Shown here: positions 8,285 to 17,948 of the stretch, in pieces
Layout: each line of letters opens with the position of its first letter
Numbering within the stretch: position 1 is the stretch's first letter
Assembly: GCA_044226625.1 (NCBI GenBank)
Contig: JBGAGQ010000014.1
Span: 41,329-105,328 of the forward strand
Length of the DNA stretch: 64,000 bases
Direction: 5' to 3'
Source: Thermoanaerobaculia bacterium
GTDB taxonomy: Bacteria > Acidobacteriota > Thermoanaerobaculia > Multivoradales > UBA5704
Made by a program: the position numbers and the translations under genes
The notes under the pieces: model-generated
Database searches by the model: none
Seen by the model: only the letters and a program-made list of their open reading frames with translations
Told to the model about the DNA's origin: nothing

Positions 8285-11278
8285 TTAGAACAGCACCCGC
8301 ACGCCGATCTGCGCCTGGCGCGGCTCGCCCGCTCCGCTCTGGACCGTGCCGTCGAAGTTGAAGATCAGGCTGGTCACCTCGGGGCGTCGGAAGTTCGCGC
8401 TATTGAAGACGTTGAACACGTCGATCGCCGGCTGGATCGTCAGGTTGCCGACCTTGAAGTCGCGCGAGATCCGGAAGTCGAGCGCGTTGAACGCGTTGTC
8501 CTTCCGGCCCAGGTTCCGGCGCGTGACCGTGCCGTCCGGGTTGATCCGGTCCTGCGGCGTGTTGGCGTCGCGCCCGTCGCGGGTGATCGACTTCGGTTGC
8601 GCCGAGCGGTAGGAGTAACGGAAGTTGACGTCGAAACCGTGAGGGGCCTGCCAGAGCAGCCAGGCGTTCACCCGGTGGCGCTGGTCGCGGTCGGAGTAGG
8701 AGTACTCCTTCTCGAGGTTGGTGACCTTCGCGTAACGGAACGAGAACGGATCGCGCTCGTTGTCGTCGTCGGAGAGGTCGCGCGACCAGGTGTAGTAGAC
8801 CTGGAACTGCGTGCCGTTCGACGGCTTCTTGGTGAGGCCCAAGGTGACCCCGTTGTAGAGGCTCTTCGCGCTCGACTGAACCACCGTGAGCGTGTTGATG
8901 CCGTTCGCGCCGCCCGGCGCCAGGCCGGTGCTCCAGGGCGAGCCGAGCAGGGGATCGTTGGCGTTGATGAAGCGCGTGATGTGCTCACCCTTGGCGTAGT
9001 TGTACTTGACCAGGACGCCCAGGGTCGCGCCGATCTCGCGCTCGTACGAGACGCTCGCCTGGGTCGTGCGCGGGTTCTTGAAATCCTTGTCGAAGACGAA
9101 GACGTCGGGCAGGAACGGCGCGCCGATCTCGGAGGCAGGGATCAGGTTCGGGTAGGCCGGAACCGGCCCGAGCACGCCGGTGAGCGCGCTGTTTCGGAAG
9201 ATCGTTTGGCCGATGCTGCCGTTGGTCGATCGCGACGAGGCGAGAGAGAGCCCGGGGACCCGGGCGTAGAAGATACCGCCGTTGACCCGTACGACCGACT
9301 TGCCGTCGTTGTTCGGATCCCAGGTGAGCCCGAGCCGCGGCTGCCACATCGAGTAGTCGCTCGGAATCTTCCCATCGGACGGGAAGGTCTGCGGTCCCGC
9401 CGCGGTCGTGACCGTCTTGCCGATGAACGGCGCGAAGAACACCTCGGACGGGGGCGTGCGCGGATCGGGCTGGATCTGCGCCTCCCAGCGGAGGCCCGCC
9501 TGGATCGTCAAGTTCGACCGCGGCTGCCACTTGTCCTGGAGGAAGGCGGCCGGCTCCTTCTGGCGGATCTTCTGCCGCCCCGACTCCTCGACCGTTCGGC
9601 CGCCGACGCCCGCCTGCTGGAGGTAGAGGAGGACCGGGCCGGTGATCGAGGTCCCCGGCGGGCAGACGCCGACCTGCGAGGTCGAGCCGTCGGAACACTC
9701 GACGTAGTGCGAGTTCCGTACGTAATTGAGGAACCCGTCGGTCGAGCTGAAAATGAATCGGCCGTTGCCGAAGCCGACGAACGTCTGTGCCGAGACGACG
9801 TCGTTGTATTCGACGCCCAGCTTGATCGAATGATCTTTCCGGAGCAGCGAGAGGTTGTCGTTGAACTGATACCGCTCGTCGTAGTACTCGACCGGGATGA
9901 AGAACGGCTCGCCGAAACGATAGTTCTTGCCGAAGTCGAACGCCGTGTCGGGGAGCGGCCGGTTCTGGCCGGTGACGTTCGGACCCTCGTACGGCCGCGG
10001 CCGGTTCTCTCGGGCGAACTGGAACCGTAGCTCATTCAAGAGCGAGGACGATACGGTCGAGATCAAGCTGCCGGTGAGCGAGCGGGAGTCGTCCTTTTCA
10101 TTGGCGTTCGCGCTGCGCCCCCAGGAGTCGACGTCGAAGGTGCCGTTCTTCTGCTCGGACTTCGTGTAGTTCAGGCGGATCGTCGCGAGGTTCGACTCGG
10201 TGGCCTGCCAGTCGAGCTTGGCGAGGGCGACGAGCGCGTCGTTGGAGCGGTCGATCGGACCGTTTTCGTCCGGGCTTCCGAGGCTGGCGAGTACGGCGAC
10301 CACGCGCGGATCGATTCGGTTCGGATCGGTCTGCTTGGTCGAATCCCCCTTCTGCGAATCGAGGGCGAGGAAGTAGAACAGGTTGTCCTTGCGCAGCGGT
10401 CCTCCGAGCGTGAAGCCGCCTTGCGTCTGCGTCGAATCGAATTTCTTCGCGCGCGTGCCGTCGGGATTTTCGGCGCGCGAGGAGAACGCGTCGTCCTTGT
10501 AGAACAGGTGAGCCGTTCCGCTTCGGACGTTGGTGCCCGACTTGGTGACGACGTTGACGAACCCGGAGGCCGAGCGGCCGAACTCTGCGTTCGCGCCGTC
10601 GGCCACCACCACGACCTCCTGGACCGCGTCGAGGTTGAAGGTGAACGCCGGCCGTTGGCCGCCACGCTGCTCGCCGAAGAACGGATTGTTGAAGTCCGCG
10701 CCGTCGACCGAGACGTTGTTGCTGATCCCCTTCTGGCCGTTGATCGAAAGCTCGTCGCCATCCGGCCCCTGGACGATCGTGACGCCCGGGGTGAGCTTCG
10801 TGTAATCGAGGAAGTTGCGGCCGTTGTTCGGCAGGTTCTCGATCGAGGCGACGTCGATGCGCGTCGTCCCCTCGGTGCGCGTGGTCTCGACCACCGGCGC
10901 GTCGGCGGTGACCAGGATCTGGTCTTCGACCGCGGAAACCTTCATGTCGAAGGTCAGGCTCACGGTCTGGCCGACGGCGAGGTCGATTCCTTCGCGCACC
11001 AGGGTCGAAAAACCCTGGAGCGCCGCGGTGATTCGGTAGGGTCCGAGCGGCAGCAGCACGCCGCGGAAACGTCCGTCCTCGTCCGAAGAAGTCACCTTCT
11101 CGAAGTTGGTCGCCGTGTTTTGCAGCGTGACCGTAACCCCGGAAAGCGGCGCGCCGCTCTCGTCGGCGATCCGCCCTTCGATGACGCCCGTGGTGGCCTG
11201 CGATTGCGCGTAGACGCCGGTCGCGAGCGCGAGCAGCAGCGCAAGGCAGACGAGGGGCGCGCGGTGGATTTTGCGCAT
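8285..11278 (-). CDS. TonB-dependent outer-membrane receptor (Oar-like, N-terminal carboxypeptidase-regulatory-like domain)
   Basis: Signal peptide; GVIEGRIADESGAPLSG; LPNNGRNF; AEFGRSASGFVNVVTKSGTN plug motif; PRLG; C-terminal PRQAQIGVRVLF. RBS GGAGG upstream. Confidence 0.93.
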   Translation of the reverse strand: MRKIHRAPLVCLALLLALATGVYAQSQATTGVIEGRIADESGAPLSGVTVTLQNTATNFEKVTSSDEDGRFRGVLLPLGPYRITAALQGFSTLVREGIDLAVGQTVSLTFDMKVSAVEDQILVTADAPVVETTRTEGTTRIDVASIENLPNNGRNFLDYTKLTPGVTIVQGPDGDELSINGQKGISNNVSVDGADFNNPFFGEQRGGQRPAFTFNLDAVQEVVVVADGANAEFGRSASGFVNVVTKSGTNVRSGTAHLFYKDDAFSSRAENPDGTRAKKFDSTQTQGGFTLGGPLRKDNLFYFLALDSQKGDSTKQTDPNRIDPRVVAVLASLGSPDENGPIDRSNDALVALAKLDWQATESNLATIRLNYTKSEQKNGTFDVDSWGRSANANEKDDSRSLTGSLISTVSSSLLNELRFQFARENRPRPYEGPNVTGQNRPLPDTAFDFGKNYRFGEPFFIPVEYYDERYQFNDNLSLLRKDHSIKLGVEYNDVVSAQTFVGFGNGRFIFSSTDGFLNYVRNSHYVECSDGSTSQVGVCPPGTSITGPVLLYLQQAGVGGRTVEESGRQKIRQKEPAAFLQDKWQPRSNLTIQAGLRWEAQIQPDPRTPPSEVFFAPFIGKTVTTAAGPQTFPSDGKIPSDYSMWQPRLGLTWDPNNDGKSVVRVNGGIFYARVPGLSLASSRSTNGSIGQTIFRNSALTGVLGPVPAYPNLIPASEIGAPFLPDVFVFDKDFKNPRTTQASVSYEREIGATLGVLVKYNYAKGEHITRFINANDPLLGSPWSTGLAPGGANGINTLTVVQSSAKSLYNGVTLGLTKKPSNGTQFQVYYTWSRDLSDDDNERDPFSFRYAKVTNLEKEYSYSDRDQRHRVNAWLLWQAPHGFDVNFRYSYRSAQPKSITRDGRDANTPQDRINPDGTVTRRNLGRKDNAFNALDFRISRDFKVGNLTIQPAIDVFNVFNSANFRRPEVTSLIFNFDGTVQSGAGEPRQAQIGVRVLF

Positions 11279-11474
11279 CTCGAACCTCCTGGAATTTTAG
11301 GATCCGTCCAGACTCTGGCGCGGGATGTTGACAACAGTATGCCGGGGAGTCAACGGCCTTGGGACCTGGGGGGCCGGCGCGGTTAGGCCCTCCGGGCCGC
11401 CTCTCTTCCGTATCCGTACCGTGTGCCGGATCCTCTCACCACCGCGGATCGAACGGTACCGGGGTCGCCGGGGG

Positions 11475-12698
11475 CTAATCGGTCGTCACGTGCTGCCAGC
11501 CGCGAACGAGCGTGTCGCTGCGCCGGTACGAACCGCCGCCGCCATAAACCAAGATTCCGAGCGGGTCTCCGGACAGAGCGCGGTAGGCGTCGAGGCCCCG
11601 AAGCGCCGATGCGGTCACCGTCTCGGCGGTTTTGATCTCGATCGGAACTCGGCGCGTGCCGTAGTCGATCAGCAGGTCGACTTCGCGGCCGTTGGAGTCG
11701 CGCCAGAAATAGAGGGGCGGCCGCTGGCCGTGATGCAGGAAAAGCTTGCGCAGCTCGGAGACGACGAACGACTCGAAGATCGCGCCTCGGAGGGGATACG
11801 TCTCCAGGTCCTCCGGTTTGCGCAGTCGCAACAGATGACAGAGCAGGCCGGTGTCCAAGAAGTGGAGCTTGGGTGTTTTGATCATTCGTTTCGAGAAGTT
11901 CTCGAAATGGGGCTGCAACAGGTCGATCACGTAGCTCGCGCGGAGGACCGAAATCCATTTCTTCGCGGTCGGCTGGCTGACGCCCGCATCGGCGGCGAGC
12001 GAGGAGAGGTTGAGCAGCTGGCCGCTGCGTCCGGCCGCGAGCGCGAGGAACCTCGTGAACGTGTCGAGGTCCCCGACGTTGGCGAGCGTCCGCACGTCCC
12101 GTTCGACATAGGTTCGGACGTATCCGTCGAGCCAGGTGGAAGGGCTGAGCTTGCGGTCGTAGAGCGAGGGATAGCAACCCCGATAGAGGATCTCGTCCAG
12201 ACTCGATACCTGCGGGAGGGGATCTTCCCCGCCCGCTTCTCGATTCACCTCTCGGTCCACACCGAATTCGTCGGGAGTGATCGCCTTTCGAGCGGCGATC
12301 TCCGCTACGCTGAGCGGGAGCAACTCCAGGATCGCCACCCGGCCGGCGAGCGACTGCCCAATTCGCTCCGAAAGCAGAAAGTGCTGCGACCCGGTGAGGA
12401 CCAACGGCCCTCCGCGGCGCTCGTCCAGGTAGCTCTGAAGGTACGAGAACAGCTGGGGGACGTTTTGAACTTCGTCGAGGATCGCGCCAGGGCCTCGGCT
12501 GATGCGGTTCAAGAAGCGCCGCGGATCGTCGGTCGCCTCCTCCCGGTTCTGAAGGTCCTCGAGCGAAAGGTAGGCGAAATCCGGGAACGTGGTCCGGGCC
12601 AGGGTGGTCTTGCCGGACTGTCGAGGCCCGGTGAGGAAGACCGCCGGATACGAACGGACCGTCGCGGCGAGGTGGGCCTTGAGGGTACGGTCGATCAC
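11475..12698 (-). CDS. AAA_14 / DUF4143 family ATP-binding protein
   Basis: Walker A GPRQSGKTT, Walker B ILDEVQ, LTGS, SLAGR, KTPKLHFLDTG, YFWRDSNGREVD, IEIK. GTG 12698 preferred over ATG 12728 because that ATG overlaps the -35 box. Confidence 0.9.
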   Translation of the reverse strand: MIDRTLKAHLAATVRSYPAVFLTGPRQSGKTTLARTTFPDFAYLSLEDLQNREEATDDPRRFLNRISRGPGAILDEVQNVPQLFSYLQSYLDERRGGPLVLTGSQHFLLSERIGQSLAGRVAILELLPLSVAEIAARKAITPDEFGVDREVNREAGGEDPLPQVSSLDEILYRGCYPSLYDRKLSPSTWLDGYVRTYVERDVRTLANVGDLDTFTRFLALAAGRSGQLLNLSSLAADAGVSQPTAKKWISVLRASYVIDLLQPHFENFSKRMIKTPKLHFLDTGLLCHLLRLRKPEDLETYPLRGAIFESFVVSELRKLFLHHGQRPPLYFWRDSNGREVDLLIDYGTRRVPIEIKTAETVTASALRGLDAYRALSGDPLGILVYGGGGSYRRSDTLVRGWQHVTTD

Positions 12699-12704
12699 CC
12701 GATC

Positions 12705-12733
12705 GTTGTAGCCGAAACTGAAATCCATGTCAA
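12705..12733 (-). promoter_or_regulatory. Sigma70-type promoter, probably giving a leaderless mRNA for the AAA_14 gene
   Basis: Minus strand reads TTGACA-N17-TACAAC-N6-GTG(12698). Confidence 0.6.
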
Positions 12734-12837
12734 TTCAAAGTGAAGTTTTGAATCCGCATGGATTTTCCGGTTGGTTTGCAGGACCGCGCCGCCGGGTGGG
12801 TGCTCGGACGACTCGTCGGACCTCGCGGCCGGAGAGC

Positions 12838-12877
12838 TTGACAGCTCGACAATTACACCCGTACTATTACGCCTGTA
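12838..12877 (+). promoter_or_regulatory. Promoter with two BlaI/MecI/CopY-type operator boxes
   Basis: TTGACA (12838-43)-N18-TACTAT (12862-67). It is overlapped by TACA-CC-CGTA (12854-63) and TACG-CC-TGTA (12868-77), each one mismatch from TACAnnTGTA, directly upstream of the blaI-family gene. Confidence 0.72.
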
Positions 12878-12926
12878 GTTGGATCTGCGGCCGAACCCGT
12901 CGAGCGTCGGCGAGCGGAGGGACACC

Positions 12927-13310
12927 GTGGCGAACCTGGGGCTGACCGAGCTTCAACTGGAGATCATGCAGGTGCTGTGGCGCCGGGGGGCGGCCACGGC
13001 GACGGAGGTCCACGAAGAGATGAACGCGCGCGGGCTCGCGCCGGCCACCATTGCCACCCTCCTTCGGCGGCTGGACAAGAGGGGCGCGGTGATGCACGAG
13101 ATGAACGGCCGCCAGTTCGTCTACCGGGCGCGGATCACGCCGGAGGAGACCCAGCGGTCGCGGGTTGCCGAAGTCGCCGATCGGCTGTTCCCGGGCCAGA
13201 TCCCGGATTTGATCAACTATCTGCTCGCGCAGAAGAAAATCGACGCCGAGGAGTTGGCCGAGGTGAAGGCGCTGATCGAGGCGAAAGAACGTGAGGCGAG
13301 GCCGAAGTGA
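12927..13310 (+). CDS. BlaI/MecI/CopY family transcriptional repressor
   Basis: LTELQLEIMQVLWRRGAATATEV...TIATLLRRLDKRGAV...GRQFVYRA; GTG start after a GGAGG RBS. Confidence 0.92.
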   Translation: MANLGLTELQLEIMQVLWRRGAATATEVHEEMNARGLAPATIATLLRRLDKRGAVMHEMNGRQFVYRARITPEETQRSRVAEVADRLFPGQIPDLINYLLAQKKIDAEELAEVKALIEAKEREARPK

Positions 13311-15202
13311 TCACGCTCGAATCCGCCGTCTTTCTCCTCGTCTACGCCGCCGCGGCGGTGGCCGCTTGGCTCGCGACGTACTGCGTTCACAGCACGGTGC
13401 TGATCGGGGGTCTCTGGCTCTTGAACCGCGTCGCGCGGTGGCCGAGACCGACGCGTGAGCTGTCGTGGAAGGTGGCGCTCGTCGGCGGCGTGGCGACGGC
13501 GACGATCTCGCTGGCCACGGATATGCGGCCGCTGCTCGGCCGTTTCGAAACCGCGTCCTTCGTCGCTGCGCGTACCTGGGATCGCGTTACCGCTTCGCCT
13601 CCGCAAAGCGGAAAGAGCCCCCTTGGATCCGCCGAAGGGCGTGCCGTGCCGTCATCTCTCACCTTCGACCGGTCGGCGAGCCGCCACCGCGCGCTCGACC
13701 TCGAGAGGTTTGCGGCCCGCCTGCCCGGGGCTGCGACCGCGCTCCGGTACGTGCCGCTTGCCCTGGTTCTCGCCTGGCTGATTCGGGCCGCCGTGGTGCT
13801 GCTTCGAGTCGGTACGGCGACCGCGCGCGCAAGGCGCGCTCTGGGCGCTCGCGAAGGCGCCCCCGGCGAGGCGGCCGAGAGGTTCCAAGCGGTGGCGAGG
13901 TCGATGGGGTTGTCTCGGCCGGTCCGTTTCACGATTTCGGAGCGTCTCGCGAGCCCGGTCGCCCTCGGCCGGTCGGAGATCACGGTCCCGCGGCGGCTTC
14001 TCACCGACCTCTGCGCGGAGGATCAGTGGAGTGTGGTCGCTCATGAAGTGGCGCATCTCGTGCGCCGGGATCCCTGGTGGCTGTTGGCGGCGGCCACGAC
14101 GGAATCGTTGTTCTTCTTCCAGCCGCTGAACAGGATGGCTCGCATGAGATGGCAAGAACAGGCGGAATATCTATGCGACGAGCGGGTCGCGCGCGTTCAA
14201 GGGTCCGGGTTGCCACTCGCCCGGGCGCTCGCCCGCGTCGCCGAGTGGCTGAGTACCGAGGTGCGCCTGTTGGCGCCGGCTTTCGCGGAGACCTCGGGAA
14301 CGCTGCTCGGTCGGGTCAGGGCGCTGATCGGAGGGGGCGTCCCCGAGCCGCCGGTCGGACGGCGAGCGCGGACGGCGCTCTGGGTGGCACCGGCTCTCGT
14401 GCTGTGCGGCCCGCCGTCGTTCGCTCCGGGTTCGGTCGGCGGCTGGGGGACGGCGGCGTTTCATTGGTCCGGCGCGGTGCCCGCGGGACAGACCTTGGAG
14501 GTCCAGGGCGTGCTCGGAAGCATCCGGGTCGAGCCGTCGGAGGGCGACCAGGTCGAGGTGTACGCGACGAGGCACGGTCGCTCGACGAACCCCGACGTTC
14601 ATTTCGAGGTCCTGCGGCATTCGGGCGGCGTGACGATCTGCGCGATCTACCCGGTCGATCCGACGACGCCTCGGGTCGTCCCCCCGTCCTGTACGCCCGG
14701 GGCGCCGGTCCAGTCGAACACCCCCGCCAACGACGTGGAAATCGAGTTCGTGGTGGACCTGCCGCGAGGCGTCGACGTCCGCTTGTCCACCGCCGTGGGA
14801 GACGTCACGACGGGACCGCTGCGCGGCTCGGTCGAAGCCCGGTCCGGCAGCGGCGACATCGAGATCACGACGACCGAGCACGCGTCGGCCGAGACCCGGA
14901 GCGGCGACGTCCGTGTGTCGATGGGACAGACCCGATGGAACGGATCGTTGAGGTTGTCCACCCTCTCGGGCGACGTCCGGCTCGCGCTGCCGGCCGAATC
15001 GAGCGTCGAGCTGTCCGCGACGACGAGAACCGGAACGATCCGATCGGATTTCGACTTGGGTCGCCCGGAGCGGGTGTCGTGGGGGGCGCGCCGCAAGCCG
15101 TCCGGAAGCGTGGGGACGAGCGTGCACGGCGTGATCGGCGAAGGGGGCCGCGAGCTGAAGCTCGAGACCCTGTCGGGCAACGTCGTCGTGAAACGAAGAT
15201 AG
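13307..15202 (+). CDS. BlaR1-like M56 membrane metallopeptidase fused to a DUF4097 beta-strand-repeat domain
   Basis: N-terminal TM helices; HEVAHLVRRD zinc motif; FFFQPL; AEYLCD; C-terminal repeated T/S-x-S-G-D-V strands. GTGA overlap with blaI. Confidence 0.85.
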   Translation: MITLESAVFLLVYAAAAVAAWLATYCVHSTVLIGGLWLLNRVARWPRPTRELSWKVALVGGVATATISLATDMRPLLGRFETASFVAARTWDRVTASPPQSGKSPLGSAEGRAVPSSLTFDRSASRHRALDLERFAARLPGAATALRYVPLALVLAWLIRAAVVLLRVGTATARARRALGAREGAPGEAAERFQAVARSMGLSRPVRFTISERLASPVALGRSEITVPRRLLTDLCAEDQWSVVAHEVAHLVRRDPWWLLAAATTESLFFFQPLNRMARMRWQEQAEYLCDERVARVQGSGLPLARALARVAEWLSTEVRLLAPAFAETSGTLLGRVRALIGGGVPEPPVGRRARTALWVAPALVLCGPPSFAPGSVGGWGTAAFHWSGAVPAGQTLEVQGVLGSIRVEPSEGDQVEVYATRHGRSTNPDVHFEVLRHSGGVTICAIYPVDPTTPRVVPPSCTPGAPVQSNTPANDVEIEFVVDLPRGVDVRLSTAVGDVTTGPLRGSVEARSGSGDIEITTTEHASAETRSGDVRVSMGQTRWNGSLRLSTLSGDVRLALPAESSVELSATTRTGTIRSDFDLGRPERVSWGARRKPSGSVGTSVHGVIGEGGRELKLETLSGNVVVKRR

Positions 15203-15271
15203 CGTCTCGCGCGCCGGCCCCTGCCGGCGAACCTCCTTAGACGATCGACACCTTCTCGAAAGGGTACCCCG

Positions 15272-17179
15272 ATGCGAACGCCGTGCGTCGCCAAGCTCCT
15301 GCTGTCTCGAATCCTCGTGGTCGGAACGACCTGGGCCGCGGCCCTCGTCGTCGCCGGTCCCTCTTCCGCCGTCGCGGCGGTACGGCCGCCGGAACCCGTT
15401 CTGAACCCGGGCGATCCGGGGCAACTGGCCGCCTGGGCCGACCCGCTCATGGCCCGTCATCTGGCGGAGTATCACGTCCCGGGAGCCGTCCTGGTGGTGG
15501 TCGAGGGGGGGCAGGTCGTCCTGGCCAAGGGCTACGGGTTGGCGCGGCGCGAGCCGAGCCGTCCGGTCGATCCCGAGCGAACGATCTTCCGGGTCGCTTC
15601 GATCTCGAAGGTGTTCACGGCGACCGCCGCGATGCAGCTCGTCGAGCGCGGACGGCTGTCGCTCGACCGGGACGTCAACGCCTACCTGACGAGCTTCAAG
15701 CTTCCCGCCAGCTATCCGAGGCCGGTCACCCTGTTTCACCTGCTCACCCACACCGGCGGTTTCGACGAACGCCTGATCGCGCGCAAGGCCCGGCGCGCGG
15801 AGGAGGTGGAGCCGCTCGCCGTCTACCTCGCCCGCCGCATGCCCCCTCGCGTGATGGACCCGGGCGAATTCATCAGCTATTCCAACCACGGCATGGCCCT
15901 CGCGGGTCATCTGATCGAGCAGACGACGGGGCGCACCTTCGAACGCTACATGAGGGAGAACGTCTTCCGGCCCTTGGGGATGCGTCGAAGCGGCTTCGAG
16001 CCGCCCGGGGACACGCCCGACTTCGCCGTGGGAACCCGGTTCCGCGGCGACGGCTACCGGTCGGTGCCGTTCGACTTCGTCCGTACGGTGCCCGCGTCGA
16101 TGTTGACGACGACGGGGACCGACATGGCGCGCTTCATGATCGCCCACCTCCAGAACGGCGTCTACGAGGGAACCCGCATCTTGAGCGACCGTTCCGCGCG
16201 TGCGATGCACCGGCGGCAGTTCTCCCAGCACCCTCTGCTCCCTGGGATCGCGTTCGGCTTCTGGGAGAGGTTCCAGAACGGCCAACGGGCTCTCTGGCAC
16301 GACGGCGACCTTCCGGGCTTCGCGAGTTTGCTCTATCTCCTGCCCGAGCGCGGCGTCGGTCTGTTCGTGGCCTACGACGGCGACGGCGGGAACGAGGCTC
16401 GCGAGGAGCTCCTGGCGGCGTTTCTCGACCGGTGCTACCCGGTCGAGCCGCGAACCGTCAAGCAGGTCGCCGGCCCCGACGCCTCCCGTTTCTCCGGAAC
16501 CTACCTGTTCAACCGGCGGGTGCGGCGCGGGCTGGAGAAAATCGCGAGCCAGGGCGAAACCGCGATCGTGCGCTCTCGGCCGGGAGGCGTTCTGGAGCTC
16601 GGCGGGAGACGCTTCTTCCCGGCCGGGCCTCTCCTCTTCGAGCGGGAGGACGGAAAGAGCTACCTGGCGTTCAAGCAAGACGCCGAGGGCCGGATCACGC
16701 ACCTGTTCGCGGGGTCGGCGATCGCGCGGGTTTACGAACGGCGGCTCTGGTACGAAGCGCCGGGGCTTCATCTCCTGGCCTTGACGTTCTGCGCTGTTGC
16801 GTTCCTCGCGACGGTCGTCGCCTCGCTTCGCGACCGCTTCCGCTCGCGCCGCGGGGTCCGCGTCGCGCAGCCGCCGGCCTGGACGATCGCCACCGTCGTG
16901 AGCGCGCTCAATTTGACTTTTCTCGCGGGCTTCGTCCTTCTGATGGCCGGCTCGGCCGGGGAGCTCGAATACCGGGTCCCGCCGGCCCTCGTCGGGCTGC
17001 TCGTCCTCCCCTTGGCGTCCGCCGCTCTCACGCTCCTCCTCCCCTTTCGGTCCGTGGCGGCCTGGCGTTGGCCTGGCTGGCGCCGAGGCCGACGTTGGCA
17101 CTTTGCCGCGGTTGCGGTCGCCGCCCTCGGATGGATCGTGCTGCTCGGCGCTTGGAATCTGCTGGGCTTCCGCACCTGA
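15272..17179 (+). CDS. Serine hydrolase (beta-lactamase class C/AmpC-like family) with C-terminal TM helices
   Basis: FRVASISK (SxxK), LLTHTGG, YSN, WHDG; about four hydrophobic C-terminal segments. Confidence 0.88.
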   Translation: MRTPCVAKLLLSRILVVGTTWAAALVVAGPSSAVAAVRPPEPVLNPGDPGQLAAWADPLMARHLAEYHVPGAVLVVVEGGQVVLAKGYGLARREPSRPVDPERTIFRVASISKVFTATAAMQLVERGRLSLDRDVNAYLTSFKLPASYPRPVTLFHLLTHTGGFDERLIARKARRAEEVEPLAVYLARRMPPRVMDPGEFISYSNHGMALAGHLIEQTTGRTFERYMRENVFRPLGMRRSGFEPPGDTPDFAVGTRFRGDGYRSVPFDFVRTVPASMLTTTGTDMARFMIAHLQNGVYEGTRILSDRSARAMHRRQFSQHPLLPGIAFGFWERFQNGQRALWHDGDLPGFASLLYLLPERGVGLFVAYDGDGGNEAREELLAAFLDRCYPVEPRTVKQVAGPDASRFSGTYLFNRRVRRGLEKIASQGETAIVRSRPGGVLELGGRRFFPAGPLLFEREDGKSYLAFKQDAEGRITHLFAGSAIARVYERRLWYEAPGLHLLALTFCAVAFLATVVASLRDRFRSRRGVRVAQPPAWTIATVVSALNLTFLAGFVLLMAGSAGELEYRVPPALVGLLVLPLASAALTLLLPFRSVAAWRWPGWRRGRRWHFAAVAVAALGWIVLLGAWNLLGFRT

Positions 17180-17245
17180 CGGCTCGTGCCGATCCGGCCG
17201 AAATCGGCGGCCACGGCGGGAGGGCGCTGGTACACTTCCGCTCCC

Positions 17246-17944
17246 ATGTCCCTTCGCGTCACCCTCCTCGGCAGCGGGACCTCAACCGGCGTGCCGGTCA
17301 TCGGCTGCGCCTGCAGGGTTTGCAATTCAGCCGATCCCAGGAACCGGCGCTCGCGGCCGGGCCTAAAGATCGAGGGGGCCGAGGGGGCAGTGCTCATCGA
17401 CGCCTCGACCGACCTGCGCGAGCAGCTGCTGCGCGAACCGATTTCCCGGCTCGACGCCGTAGTGTTCACCCACGCGCACGCCGATCACATCTTCGGGCTC
17501 GACGACGTGCGGATCTTCAATTTCGTCTTCGAGCCGGGGCAGGAAGGGGGCGGTAAGCCGCAGCTCGACCTGATCCCGATCGAGGAGCCGTTTGCGCTGC
17601 TCGGCCGCCCCTGGGTGCCGATTCCGGTCTGGCACGGCGTGATGCCGGTCCTCGGCTTCCGGATCGGCGATTTCGCCTACGTGACCGACTGCAACCAGAT
17701 CCCCGAAGAGAGCTTCGAGCGGCTGGCGGGGGTCGACACGCTGATCCTCGACGCGCTCCGCTACCGGCCGCATTCGACCCATTTCTCGTTGGCCGAGGCG
17801 GTCGACGCCGCGCAGCGGATCGGCGCGCGTCGCACCTATTTCACGCACATCGCCCACGACATTGACCACGGTCGACTGGAGCTTGCCCTGCCGGACGGCA
17901 TGGAGATCGGCTACGACGGCCTCGCCTTCGACGTGGAGGGCTGA
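17246..17944 (+). CDS. MBL-fold metallo-hydrolase (PhnP-like phosphodiesterase), apparently with an internal in-frame deletion
   Basis: LGSGTSTGVPVIGCACRVC, THAHADHIFG, AYVTD, HSTH, THIAH, YDG. Extended -10 TGgTACACT lies just upstream. Confidence 0.85.
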   Translation: MSLRVTLLGSGTSTGVPVIGCACRVCNSADPRNRRSRPGLKIEGAEGAVLIDASTDLREQLLREPISRLDAVVFTHAHADHIFGLDDVRIFNFVFEPGQEGGGKPQLDLIPIEEPFALLGRPWVPIPVWHGVMPVLGFRIGDFAYVTDCNQIPEESFERLAGVDTLILDALRYRPHSTHFSLAEAVDAAQRIGARRTYFTHIAHDIDHGRLELALPDGMEIGYDGLAFDVEG

Positions 17945-17948
17945 GACC

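Noticed and set aside
15272-17944. Calling the serine hydrolase or the MBL-fold protein true beta-lactamases
   Set aside because: The motifs support only fold-level membership: the MBL protein is PhnP-like and the serine hydrolase substrate is unknown.
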